From contig DASYZL010000011.1 of assembly GCA_035946335.1 (NCBI GenBank), forward strand, positions 3,569-67,568: a DNA stretch of 64,000 nucleotides. Direction: 5' to 3'. The DNA comes from Patescibacteria group bacterium. GTDB taxonomy: Bacteria > Patescibacteriota > Microgenomatia > Levybacterales > UBA12049. Position 1 is the first letter of the stretch. Every line of letters starts with the position of its first letter. The translations under genes were made by a program, and so were the position numbers. Positions 30,617 through 39,931 of this stretch are shown here, one piece after another. The notes under the pieces are model-generated. The model was not told the DNA's origin. It ran no database searches and saw only the letters and a program-made list of their open reading frames with translations.

Positions 30617-30704
30617 CGGAGGAGGTGGGATTCGAACCCACGGTAACTAAAAAGCTACAGCCGCTTTCGAGACGGCCCCGTTATGACCACTTCGGTACTC
30701 CTCC
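30617..30704 (-). tRNA. tRNA-Ser(CGA)
   Basis: GGAGGAG acceptor, GCCGT-CT-CGA-AA-GCGGC, long variable arm. Confidence 0.93.
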
Positions 30705-30899
30705 AAAGATTCTTCAAATTGTATATATTTTATGTTCAGGCTTTATTACAAAGAGTATTTTTTATATCTCTCTGTTTCTTTTCTTAAAAATAATCATTGG
30801 AACGATTGAAGCTTATCATCCATTTGTGAATATTTCAATGTTTCGGAATTTGCATTATATGCATTGACAAGTCTTCGGATAGTGTGGCAATATAAAAAT

Positions 30900-31301
30900 A
30901 TGGATGATAAGCGTGGGCAGTTTACCCAACAAAACTCAGTAGATCAACAAAATGCATCCTCTACTGATCAATTTTCTTCCCAGCAGCCACAACCCGTTTC
31001 CTCATTGCAACAGGATGAATCAAATACAAAACCTGCACAAGTATCCCAGGCGCAACCACAAACTGATCCATCCCAGGCGTATATTGAAAACACAGGAGGT
31101 TCTATCATTGAACTATTAGGAGAAATTGGTAATGACGATAAACTTCTCGTGCAGGTTGCAGAAGAAATGAAGATGGATAAGGAAAGATGTAAAACACTTT
31201 TGGCAGCTATTTTAGAAAAAATCAGTAAGGGTCAACTCACAGACGAAGAATTATCTTTTATTCTTACAGCCCCTGTTGTCGAAGAAGATTTGATCAGCTA
31301 A
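30900..31301 (+). CDS. Hypothetical acidic protein with Q/S-rich N-terminus
   Basis: TTGACA-18-CAATAT-6nt-ATG at 30900; the track's TTG start is the -35 box. Confidence 0.65.
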   Translation: MDDKRGQFTQQNSVDQQNASSTDQFSSQQPQPVSSLQQDESNTKPAQVSQAQPQTDPSQAYIENTGGSIIELLGEIGNDDKLLVQVAEEMKMDKERCKTLLAAILEKISKGQLTDEELSFILTAPVVEEDLIS

Positions 31302-31313
31302 TTTGTTCATTTG

Positions 31314-31385
31314 CGTCCTCGGCGGGAATCGAACCCGCATCAAAGGCTCCGGAAGCCCTTATTCTATCCATTAAACTACAAGGAC
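31314..31385 (-). tRNA. tRNA-Arg(CCG)
   Basis: GTCCTTG acceptor, AGGGC-TT-CCG-GA-GCCTT, GTTCGATTC. Confidence 0.93.
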
Positions 31386-31442
31386 ACGATGTGTATTATA
31401 CAACACCTTGACGCGTTCATTGGGAAACGATAGAGTAAAAGT

Positions 31443-31970
31443 ATGGAAGAAATGTCACAACACATGAATCCTCACGAAGTGGTAACGCTCCTTTCCTGGA
31501 GTGCTCCAGGAAGACCATTTCGTAAACGAAGCAAAAGTTTTTTTGCAACAGGACTTCTCCTGATGCTACTTATTGAAATCATTTTATTCCTCTTTGCCCA
31601 GTACGCGCTCATGTTTGTTATTCTCTCCCTTGTGTTTATATCCTTTGTCCTTGCATCAGTCCCTCCCCATGATTTTCACTACCGCATCAGTACTGAAGGC
31701 ATTACCATCGAAGACCATTTTTATTTATGGCAAGAATTGTATGATTTTTACTTTAAGAAAAAATTTGGTGTTGACGTACTCCACATTCGCAGTAAAACAT
31801 TATTTCCCGGTGAATTAACCTTGACACTTGGTGATATTACGCCTGAGCATGTCAAGTCTGTATTGTTACCGTATCTTCCATACCGGGAATATGTCAAGCC
31901 AACATTTATGGAACAATCCGCAGAATGGTTATCGTACACATTTCCTCTTGAAAATGATCATGCCCGTTAG
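31443..31970 (+). CDS. Hypothetical 2-TM protein with C-terminal beta-rich domain
   Basis: LLSWSAP, TM hairpin, ISTEGITI...YLW; TTGACG-17-TAGAGT-6nt-ATG. Confidence 0.75.
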   Translation: MEEMSQHMNPHEVVTLLSWSAPGRPFRKRSKSFFATGLLLMLLIEIILFLFAQYALMFVILSLVFISFVLASVPPHDFHYRISTEGITIEDHFYLWQELYDFYFKKKFGVDVLHIRSKTLFPGELTLTLGDITPEHVKSVLLPYLPYREYVKPTFMEQSAEWLSYTFPLENDHAR

Positions 31971-32109
31971 AGTCGGGAAAGTATAATTTGCCATTTACTT
32001 ATTATTCCGAAGGGAAACAGGATTGTTAATCTCTCATGGAGCATATGCATTTTTGAGCCTCAGCCTTGGACAAATTTTTGATAATACGTTACAATACCAA
32101 TACCATTTT

Positions 32110-32182
32110 GTGCCCGTAGCTCAGTGGATAGAGCATCAGATTGCGGATCTGGAGATCGGAGGTTCGATTCCTCTCGGGCACG
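32110..32182 (+). tRNA. tRNA-Arg(GCG)
   Basis: GTGCCCG/CGGGCAC acceptor, TCAGA-TT-GCG-GA-TCTGG. Confidence 0.92.
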
Positions 32183-32187
32183 CTCAC

Positions 32188-33858
32188 CTACTCTTTGGTA
32201 ATGCCCATAGAAGACATTATTAAGAAAAGCATAACAATACCTCCGGCCATCGTTGCTTTATTCATTGTTTGTGTTAGATTTCTTCGTAATGCAAGTCTTC
32301 GTTTCCAGTTGACAGTTTGTTCTCCTTGTTGATGGTTCATAATCCGCTCCATTGCGCTATCAATGTTTCCACTTTGAAGAGCGTTACGAATACCGCGTGC
32401 TGTTGCTCTGTCAATGGAACCATCTGTATACATGTTCCAGAATCCTTCTAACTGGCCTTCCAGCATATCCGGATTTTCGACAAATTGCTGACATGCCTGC
32501 AGCATGCTTTGCGTATCATGTAATTGTTGTATGCTATTTTGTAATGCTTGTAATTGATTTTCATCTTTTGTTGTAGCAAACTGTTCGTTTAATTGCTTTA
32601 TCTGTTGACTAACATCTTCCATGTGTTGTTGCATCCCGGTGGTATCTGTTTTTGCAATAATATCTTTATGCACTAAATCTACGATATCCCGTGCTTGAAG
32701 CAACGTTCTTCCTGTATCTTTTATTTGTTGGCTCATTTGTGCCAGTTCATCAATTTCACCTTGAGCTTGCTCACTTAATCTTCCTGTTTCTTTTGAGGCG
32801 AGCTGTCCTTTTCGCGCTTTGATGTATCTATCGAAGTCTTTTACCGTTAACGTGCCATTGTTCTCTGCTTCTGTATTAATTACCTTGCGAAGTTCATCAA
32901 GATTTTCATCTGCAAATACTTTTTGTCGTTCTCTTTCGGCTGAAATAGCAGCAGGAGTAAAACCCAACCTGACAATATCTTCATCGGATACATTATTGCT
33001 AAGCGCTTCGACAAGTCTTGGATCTGCTGGTGCTATTTTTTCCTGCAATAACGTTAGGTGTGCTTCAAGTAGTCGTGATTGCTCAGGAGATTTTGCATAA
33101 TATGCACGGAGTGAATCAGCAGCGGCATATATTTGTCCGTCAATAACGTCCTGGAGGGAAATTGTTTGCGTGCTTTCTGTAAAACTATCTCTTATAGGTC
33201 TACCATTCGTTCCTATGTTTTGTACTTTGCAATGTGCAATTACTTCGATGCTACCGTCTTCATTCCGCTGCACGCCAGTGACAGCAGTTATATGAGTTGC
33301 TCTTTCTCTACCTCTTGCATCAGGTAAACGGATCAGTATTGGTTCTAGTGCGCCTCCTTGTGCATAATCCTCCGGTTTAAAATTTTCCGGTGTCAGTTCT
33401 CTGAGAAGTTCAATGCGGACTAGATCAGGTTCAGCCGGGGTGGGCTCCGGAGGTGGATTTTTTTTGTATTCCTTTTTTTGTTTTCTCGATAAATTTTTAT
33501 AATCAGGTGTCTGCGGCGAAAATGTTTCTGTTGCTATCATGCGTCGTGCAACTTGCTGTACTTCTCCTTGTACTATTTTTCGTTCTTTTTCTCTTGTTTC
33601 TGGATCTTCCGGAGCTTGCAGAACGAGTGGTTGCTGCTGTTCATTTTGTTGAGGAGCAGAGATTACCGGTGGTGGTTCGGGCGAAACGGGCGTTGTTGCA
33701 TTCTGTGGGGTACTTTGTTCCACATTAGAAGATTGCTGATTTGGATTTACCTGATTGCTAGTATTCAATGCATCAAGTTCATCCGGCATAAGAAGTGATG
33801 ATAATGAAGACGGTTCTGGTATGGGTGGTACTCGTCCGCCTGTTTCTCCATTTAACAT
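32188..33858 (-). CDS. Orphan coiled-coil protein with P/Q-rich N-terminus and C-terminal TM
   Basis: About 556 aa; GGAG before ATG 33858; TTGAAC-17-TAAGAT. Confidence 0.75.
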   Translation of the reverse strand: MLNGETGGRVPPIPEPSSLSSLLMPDELDALNTSNQVNPNQQSSNVEQSTPQNATTPVSPEPPPVISAPQQNEQQQPLVLQAPEDPETREKERKIVQGEVQQVARRMIATETFSPQTPDYKNLSRKQKKEYKKNPPPEPTPAEPDLVRIELLRELTPENFKPEDYAQGGALEPILIRLPDARGRERATHITAVTGVQRNEDGSIEVIAHCKVQNIGTNGRPIRDSFTESTQTISLQDVIDGQIYAAADSLRAYYAKSPEQSRLLEAHLTLLQEKIAPADPRLVEALSNNVSDEDIVRLGFTPAAISAERERQKVFADENLDELRKVINTEAENNGTLTVKDFDRYIKARKGQLASKETGRLSEQAQGEIDELAQMSQQIKDTGRTLLQARDIVDLVHKDIIAKTDTTGMQQHMEDVSQQIKQLNEQFATTKDENQLQALQNSIQQLHDTQSMLQACQQFVENPDMLEGQLEGFWNMYTDGSIDRATARGIRNALQSGNIDSAMERIMNHQQGEQTVNWKRRLALRRNLTQTMNKATMAGGIVMLFLIMSSMGITKE

Positions 33859-33915
33859 ACACACTCCATCTTACTTGCTTTTTTTGCAGAGTTCAAGCAA
33901 TAATAAAGGGAGACT

Positions 33916-36900
33916 ATGGCTAGTCCAGCAGAAGTATTACAGCAACAACGGCAACGGACAAACATGAGAGGAAGAGGCCGGGGAGGTTTCCTTGGTCGTG
34001 TATTTAGCCATAATAAGCAGCCAAGAGTAAGACCGCCAACGCTTACCGATAAAGAAGGTAGTATTTCCATTTCAACAGAAAAAATTGTACAAGGTCCAAA
34101 GGAGCAACGAACCTTCCAGTCTGCAGGAGGATTAAAAGCATGGGGAGATGAGCATATTGAGACATTCCTTCGATTACAGGATGAACCTGATCCGCATAAT
34201 CCAGGCCAAACACTCCTTCAGACAATTGATGCAGAAGACAGAACTGTTTCTGGAACCACAATGAGGGGTGATCAAATCACAACGCATGGTTGGAGGCAAC
34301 GATTTCTGGATGCGACATGCGATTACGATGAGGTAACCGGAAGATGGAAACGGAATAATGAGAAATTCGACGCATTCATGAACACGCCCGAAGGATTAGC
34401 AATCACAGAACTTGCCGTGGAAGATGAATTGTTGAGAATACAACGCGAGCTCGGTGTCTTTATAATGATAGATCCTGCGGGAAACAGAGGAGATGTGAAT
34501 GATCTATTGCAAGATATCGATGTATATGGACAGGGAGCAGTACGAAGGCTCGAACATTCAATAAGGGATTTGTTGAATGGGCATCAGCGAATTGCCGGAC
34601 GCGAGCAACAGATACGGTTAGGAAATCAAATCGGGCAGGCACTTGCCGCACTCGCCGGAACAACTGGTGCAGGTAATTTTGTCGGGGCTGCTCTTCGAAA
34701 TCAAGGTGCAGGTATGGCAATTGGTGCCGTGGCCGGAGTAGCTGGTATGGGAATCGCTGCATTAAGAAGCAGGGGGCTCCAAATTCGAATATATGAGAAT
34801 GATCTTTCACCACGTTTTAATCATCCTACCCTGCTTCAACAAGAACGCCTGACCTCTTCAACGTATGGCAGAGAAGTACTTGGTATTGACCCGAATGATT
34901 TTCAATGGGGACTTCATCCAAATACAAGAGTTACCGGTCCTGCAAATGTTCGCGGATTGGAGTATACCGATAACGCAACCCAGGGTATTCCCGGTTCACG
35001 AAATATCTCTTATGCCGTTGGGAGGATGCTGGAACTTGTCGGTTTGCAAGCGCAGTGGCAGGAAGATGCGATGGTTCTTGCGGAAAATAGAGAGATTTTG
35101 AACCAATTCATTCATAACCAACCACGTCCTGACGCTCTCGATCCCAGAACACATCCGGCAGAACATAAGCTCATTTTTCATAGCCGTATTTATGAAAATT
35201 TCCGCGCATTGGTAGAAAGGGAGATACAAAATGATCCAAATTTTGATCCCTACGATCCTATTAATCGTGCTTATGTTGATAACCTCCTGATGCAAGCCCA
35301 TAACCATACAATAACATTGGAGCTACTGGCATTTGAAAAGAGAAATAATCCACCTGAAGATCCGTATAACGTGAATGAACTCAAAAATAGAAAAAACGCT
35401 TTGGAGGGTGTAGAGGGCACAGTGCCTGATTTCATCGCGTACCGAAAAAATGTTTTGGAGAGCGAGAGAGAAGCGGTGCAAAACAACAGAAATACGGTAA
35501 AAGCATACAAGAAAGCGCACAAAGCTACCCCTGAAGGCGCTCTTACAAAAGATCCGGAAGGAAATGTGACAGAGGATACCAGAAATACACGGAAAAAACT
35601 TGATGATTTGCGAATAGAAGAGGAAAATTTGCGATTGACAGTCGGAACTGTCGTTGGCGGTACGTTTCGTCCTTCGACTTCATTATTAATTGCTATTGAC
35701 CAATTAGAAAAAGTATTAAGTAGAGATGGTCGTAACGCGAGAGATGCAATTGCATTGGATGGATCAACAGTGTCGATCCGTAACTTGGAGCAACAAAGGA
35801 AAGTTGCGCAGTTAGCTGCGAAAGCAGAAAGAGATGCTGCATTAGCGCAAACGCGAACAATAGGAACTCCTCCAACTGTTGTCCCTGTTTATGCCCCTCT
35901 TATTACAGGTGGAGGGGCTTATGCAAGAGATGCAAATGAAGCAGTTCGAACTGAAAAATTCAGAGAAATACAGCAAAAACAAGAGGAAGCAATACAGCGA
36001 ATAAATACTCTAGAACAACAACTTATTGAGAGAAAGAAAAAGCTTGAGGAAGTGCAGAGCAATATCATACGAACAAAAGATTCTCTGGAAACCCTGCCGG
36101 AAACAACTGCGATGCACGGATTTAAATTAGGTGTGCGGGATGATTTTGAAGAGTTAGAGGAAATGTTTAATACAGGAGTTATTACGAGAGTGCTTGGAGG
36201 AAATGCGCGTCTTTGGTTACGCTTCAGCTCAGTAGAAGATATTTTACGGGATATCAATGAAGTAAACGGGAGTCGCCCTGAATTTGGGTGGAGAGTGGAT
36301 GAAAACGATAACGCTGATCATCGGGAATTGATTCTGCGTGCCCAAACGTACGCGTTAGTAGTGGAACGATTGGAAAATCATAAGATAGCTAATCCTGTGA
36401 ACGCAACAAATTGGATTAATTATGAAACAATAGTCCGAAATGCGCAATATTTTGACCTACCGTCAGGAAGATTACCTAGTGTCTATGACCAGGCGCGTAT
36501 TACTGACCAGCAACTTCTTGTCTTGGATTCCGATGAAGTTATTGCAACCATGAGGGCAAGAGGATTGACTCCACTACCGACTCAGGCAGAGATAGCGGGC
36601 GCTAAAGCAGTTGCAAAGGAGATTTTAAAATCCTACGAAGAAACTTTACAGATTTTCACCGGGGCGTTCAATCGGGAAATTAACGGTATTGAGTCAACCC
36701 GTCAGGAGCGTTTAGCAAGTATTGATATGGCACTTGCTATTGTTGATACACCGCAAGTTGTCTATGGACGAATTAAAGAATTATATAGAATCGATGCGAG
36801 CAGCCCTGAGGGTGAGCCGCACGAGCAAATTGAATACCTTGTGGGTACGCAATGGGCACAGGATCAGATTGTGGCTGGTAGAGCAAGAAATAACCACGCA

Positions 36901-37287
36901 ATCAGCCAGGAAGAGTTGAACGCTATCACCAGTGGTTTTATGCCTGAAAATGTTCAAGCATTAATAGCCCTTTTCACTGGATTTGATGAAGAAGGTGCAA
37001 ATATACCCGGACTGCCAAATCAGGTTCAGGTAACGGCAGCTTCAAGAGGGCAACGGTACATGCAGGCAAGTAATCTCGAAAGAGTTTTCGGAGGACAGCA
37101 GGGTTTAGTGCAGGCAGTTTTGAGATCTTTTAGGTTTGAGTTACCGGTAGGGCCGTTTCTCCCCACATACCGAGAGTTGGGGAATATAATGCAAAATCAG
37201 AATAGAAATTTAATGACTCCTGACTGGATGTCGCGGGGAGTTGAAAATTTTCTCAAGGAGTTGACTGTCGCGGGGCAAAGGGCGTAA
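33916..37287 (+). CDS. Orphan 1123-aa protein with glycine-zipper hairpin and coiled coil
   Basis: Long ORF, GGGAG before ATG; G/A-rich hydrophobic segment at about 34630-34764. Confidence 0.8.
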   Translation: MASPAEVLQQQRQRTNMRGRGRGGFLGRVFSHNKQPRVRPPTLTDKEGSISISTEKIVQGPKEQRTFQSAGGLKAWGDEHIETFLRLQDEPDPHNPGQTLLQTIDAEDRTVSGTTMRGDQITTHGWRQRFLDATCDYDEVTGRWKRNNEKFDAFMNTPEGLAITELAVEDELLRIQRELGVFIMIDPAGNRGDVNDLLQDIDVYGQGAVRRLEHSIRDLLNGHQRIAGREQQIRLGNQIGQALAALAGTTGAGNFVGAALRNQGAGMAIGAVAGVAGMGIAALRSRGLQIRIYENDLSPRFNHPTLLQQERLTSSTYGREVLGIDPNDFQWGLHPNTRVTGPANVRGLEYTDNATQGIPGSRNISYAVGRMLELVGLQAQWQEDAMVLAENREILNQFIHNQPRPDALDPRTHPAEHKLIFHSRIYENFRALVEREIQNDPNFDPYDPINRAYVDNLLMQAHNHTITLELLAFEKRNNPPEDPYNVNELKNRKNALEGVEGTVPDFIAYRKNVLESEREAVQNNRNTVKAYKKAHKATPEGALTKDPEGNVTEDTRNTRKKLDDLRIEEENLRLTVGTVVGGTFRPSTSLLIAIDQLEKVLSRDGRNARDAIALDGSTVSIRNLEQQRKVAQLAAKAERDAALAQTRTIGTPPTVVPVYAPLITGGGAYARDANEAVRTEKFREIQQKQEEAIQRINTLEQQLIERKKKLEEVQSNIIRTKDSLETLPETTAMHGFKLGVRDDFEELEEMFNTGVITRVLGGNARLWLRFSSVEDILRDINEVNGSRPEFGWRVDENDNADHRELILRAQTYALVVERLENHKIANPVNATNWINYETIVRNAQYFDLPSGRLPSVYDQARITDQQLLVLDSDEVIATMRARGLTPLPTQAEIAGAKAVAKEILKSYEETLQIFTGAFNREINGIESTRQERLASIDMALAIVDTPQVVYGRIKELYRIDASSPEGEPHEQIEYLVGTQWAQDQIVAGRARNNHAISQEELNAITSGFMPENVQALIALFTGFDEEGANIPGLPNQVQVTAASRGQRYMQASNLERVFGGQQGLVQAVLRSFRFELPVGPFLPTYRELGNIMQNQNRNLMTPDWMSRGVENFLKELTVAGQRA

Positions 37288-37290
37288 ATT

Positions 37291-37671
37291 ATGGTAACGA
37301 CAAAAGATTTAATAAAATTATTTGTCTCTGACGTAAAAGTGAGGGATACGCTTCTTGCTGAGATTGATACTATGCATGGAGCACAAGCTGGCTATATTGT
37401 CAGTATGCTGTGGAATGCGTTCAGTACGATATACGCGGCAAAGTTGGATGAAAATACTCATGAAGGTTTTGTGCACATTGCAGAAGGATCTGAGACATTG
37501 GATGAAGGGTTTTATATCCGTATAAGACAGAAAACTGACAAAGACTTTGAGGCTATGGTTACACAAGCGCAGGAAACAGCGCAGTTGAAAGAAGCTCGTA
37601 AAGCAATGGAAGTAATTGTCAAAGAAATACAGGCATCAAAAGGCGCAAAGAAAATAACAGGGGTAAACTAG
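37291..37671 (+). CDS. Hypothetical 126-aa helical protein
   Basis: 3 nt downstream of the previous stop; operonic. Confidence 0.75.
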   Translation: MVTTKDLIKLFVSDVKVRDTLLAEIDTMHGAQAGYIVSMLWNAFSTIYAAKLDENTHEGFVHIAEGSETLDEGFYIRIRQKTDKDFEAMVTQAQETAQLKEARKAMEVIVKEIQASKGAKKITGVN

Positions 37672-37682
37672 CTTTATTTTTT

Positions 37683-39314
37683 ATGCAGGAACAACAACCA
37701 GCTGAACAAGGAGGTATGCAGCCCGAGCCGCAACTGTTATCAGAGCACGAGAAACTGATAATGCAGGCACAATTAGCACAAATAAGTAAACATTCAAGGC
37801 GTTTCATTGTTCAACAGGAAGGAAATCAGTCTCCAACTTTGGAGCAGACAATTACTGCAATAGATCAATTTCCTGATCTTGCAGCAACACTAACTGCAAA
37901 ATTAACGTCAAACCAAGTAGAATACCTCGCATGCGAGCTGGAATTAATGGCTAAGCTTCATCTTGTTGAGATAACGGATATCCCTAAAGACAAAGGTCAG
38001 ATAGTCCAATTATATTACAATTCACTCAAGAAAATACAGGAAAACGAACTGAACCAAGCTCCCCAACAACCTCAACCTGGAGAAGTAATGGTTGAAGAAG
38101 TTCCAAATAACGAGCCAAATGCTCAACCAGCTACACCGCAAACTCAGCCTCAGAACATAGACGTAAAAGCGAGTGAACCTATAGATCAGTCAGGACAGAA
38201 CGAAGGGCAAGATGTGACTACAAACATTCAGCAATCTAACAGTGCGCATGATTCTCAACAAGGTTTAGTACCAGCAGAGTTGCACGCAACGCCGCGGGCG
38301 GGGAGATCTGATGAAGTTCAGTGGGGAAATCCCAATGTGGGTTTATGGGCAAAATACCTTGAAGGGAGTGTGGCTATGATACCTCCTTTTGACGGCACTG
38401 TCGCAGAACTTATCCCTATGGTGCAGATGCTTGATTTTTTACAGAATAACTTGCAACGCTATAATCCCCAACCGGGCGGACTAGGAAGAGAAGAAATGCG
38501 TGAGAGAATAGGCGATTTGCTTGAAGCGATTTGGGTAAATTCAGAAAATGAACTTGCGAATGAAATTCATAGTCGTTTTAACGAAGCGCATCCGGATGAG
38601 AGCATTGGACTCGTAACCAATGATGACTTGAGTTATGATACGAACGTCTTTTTGCAGGCAATCGGACACGTTGCACAAAGTGGGGAAGGAAATGCTGTGA
38701 TACATATAGGTCCTGGTGTCATACGGCCAAATTCCCCTGGTCCTGTGGTTCCACCACCTGAGGTTTCTTCTCAGCATGGAAGAGTGTCGCCGAGGCAAAT
38801 TCCTCAAGGAGATACACAAGCCGGGTATTCTGTTAAACCAGTAGGAAAAAAGCCATCAGCTGCTGTCAACGGATTATCTTATAAAGAGCGGTTAAGGTTG
38901 GAAAAGGAAAGAGAAGAAAGACTGGATAGAGATATTCGTCAAGAAGCGAGAATAGTACTCAACTTACCGTCGACTTTACCTCCGGAAAGCATAGAGGACG
39001 AAATAAGCCTCGATGATTTTAAAGATATATACTTAAGAAATCTCCAGGCTCCTCCATACTCAATAGAATTTTATAATCGAAGGATCCGCCCGTTTGTTGA
39101 AGAATTAATGCAAATTGTTCCTACAGGTTTGCCGAATCAAACCGTCAGTCGGGAACAATTTGATGCAAGAGTAAACAGTTGTTTACGTGCGATATATAGG
39201 CATTTACCTCCTGAAGCAATAGGACAACTTCCTCCTTCTATGCGTACGGGTTATAATACGTATGTAACTAAAGATAATTCATTGCTTTTACGTAGCTTAT
39301 TGAATCTTCATTAA
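37683..39314 (+). CDS. Orphan Q/P/E-rich 543-aa protein
   Basis: Long ORF, operonic, low-complexity linkers. Confidence 0.75.
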   Translation: MQEQQPAEQGGMQPEPQLLSEHEKLIMQAQLAQISKHSRRFIVQQEGNQSPTLEQTITAIDQFPDLAATLTAKLTSNQVEYLACELELMAKLHLVEITDIPKDKGQIVQLYYNSLKKIQENELNQAPQQPQPGEVMVEEVPNNEPNAQPATPQTQPQNIDVKASEPIDQSGQNEGQDVTTNIQQSNSAHDSQQGLVPAELHATPRAGRSDEVQWGNPNVGLWAKYLEGSVAMIPPFDGTVAELIPMVQMLDFLQNNLQRYNPQPGGLGREEMRERIGDLLEAIWVNSENELANEIHSRFNEAHPDESIGLVTNDDLSYDTNVFLQAIGHVAQSGEGNAVIHIGPGVIRPNSPGPVVPPPEVSSQHGRVSPRQIPQGDTQAGYSVKPVGKKPSAAVNGLSYKERLRLEKEREERLDRDIRQEARIVLNLPSTLPPESIEDEISLDDFKDIYLRNLQAPPYSIEFYNRRIRPFVEELMQIVPTGLPNQTVSREQFDARVNSCLRAIYRHLPPEAIGQLPPSMRTGYNTYVTKDNSLLLRSLLNLH

Positions 39315-39367
39315 ATGAACTAAAGTATATTTCTCCTTCAAACACATTTCTCTGCTATAATACCCAT

Positions 39368-39808
39368 ATGAAATTTGAGTTTTCTGCGGGCGGGATTGTA
39401 TTCAGGAAAGAGGGTGGAAAAATATTTATTCTGGTAAGCCAGCATTCTCAACACCATGGATGGGTGTTTCCTAAAGGATTAATTGGTGATAAAGATGAAT
39501 TTAAAGGACAGACAAAAGAAGAAACAGCAGTTCGGGAGGTCAAAGAAGAAACGGGAATTTTGGGAAAAATCCTTGAGCCGCTTCATCCTGTTGCGTATTG
39601 GTATGTTATGGATGAGATTAAACGAAAGAAGACTGTGTATTACTATATAATGCAGTTCGTTAGTGGTGATACGAGTAAGCATGATTGGGAAATGGAGAAT
39701 GTTGAATGGTTGTCAATTGAAGAAGTAGAAAAACGGTTAACGTTCGCGTCAGACAAAAAGGTATGGGAGGAAGCAAAGAGTAAGATTTTGGGCAAAACAA
39801 AAAGTTAA
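39368..39808 (+). CDS. NUDIX hydrolase
   Basis: SAGG, FPKG...AVREVKEETG; TGCTATAAT-6nt-ATG. Confidence 0.92.
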   Translation: MKFEFSAGGIVFRKEGGKIFILVSQHSQHHGWVFPKGLIGDKDEFKGQTKEETAVREVKEETGILGKILEPLHPVAYWYVMDEIKRKKTVYYYIMQFVSGDTSKHDWEMENVEWLSIEEVEKRLTFASDKKVWEEAKSKILGKTKS

Positions 39809-39820
39809 AATAAGTAATAT

Positions 39821-39907
39821 GGTGAGGTGTCTGAGCGGTCTAAAGAGCACGATTGGAAATCGTGTGTAGCCGTAAGGTTACCGAGGGTTCGAATCCCTCC
39901 CTCACCG
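39821..39907 (+). tRNA. tRNA-Ser(GGA)
   Basis: GGTGAGG/CCTCACC, CACGA-TT-GGA-AA-TCGTG, long variable arm. Confidence 0.95.
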
Positions 39908-39931
39908 CCGGAGCATTTTTGAGCTCCAATT

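Noticed and set aside
32023-32332. Two short ORFs spanning the tRNA-Arg gene
   Set aside because: Overlap a clear tRNA and the end of a convergent CDS
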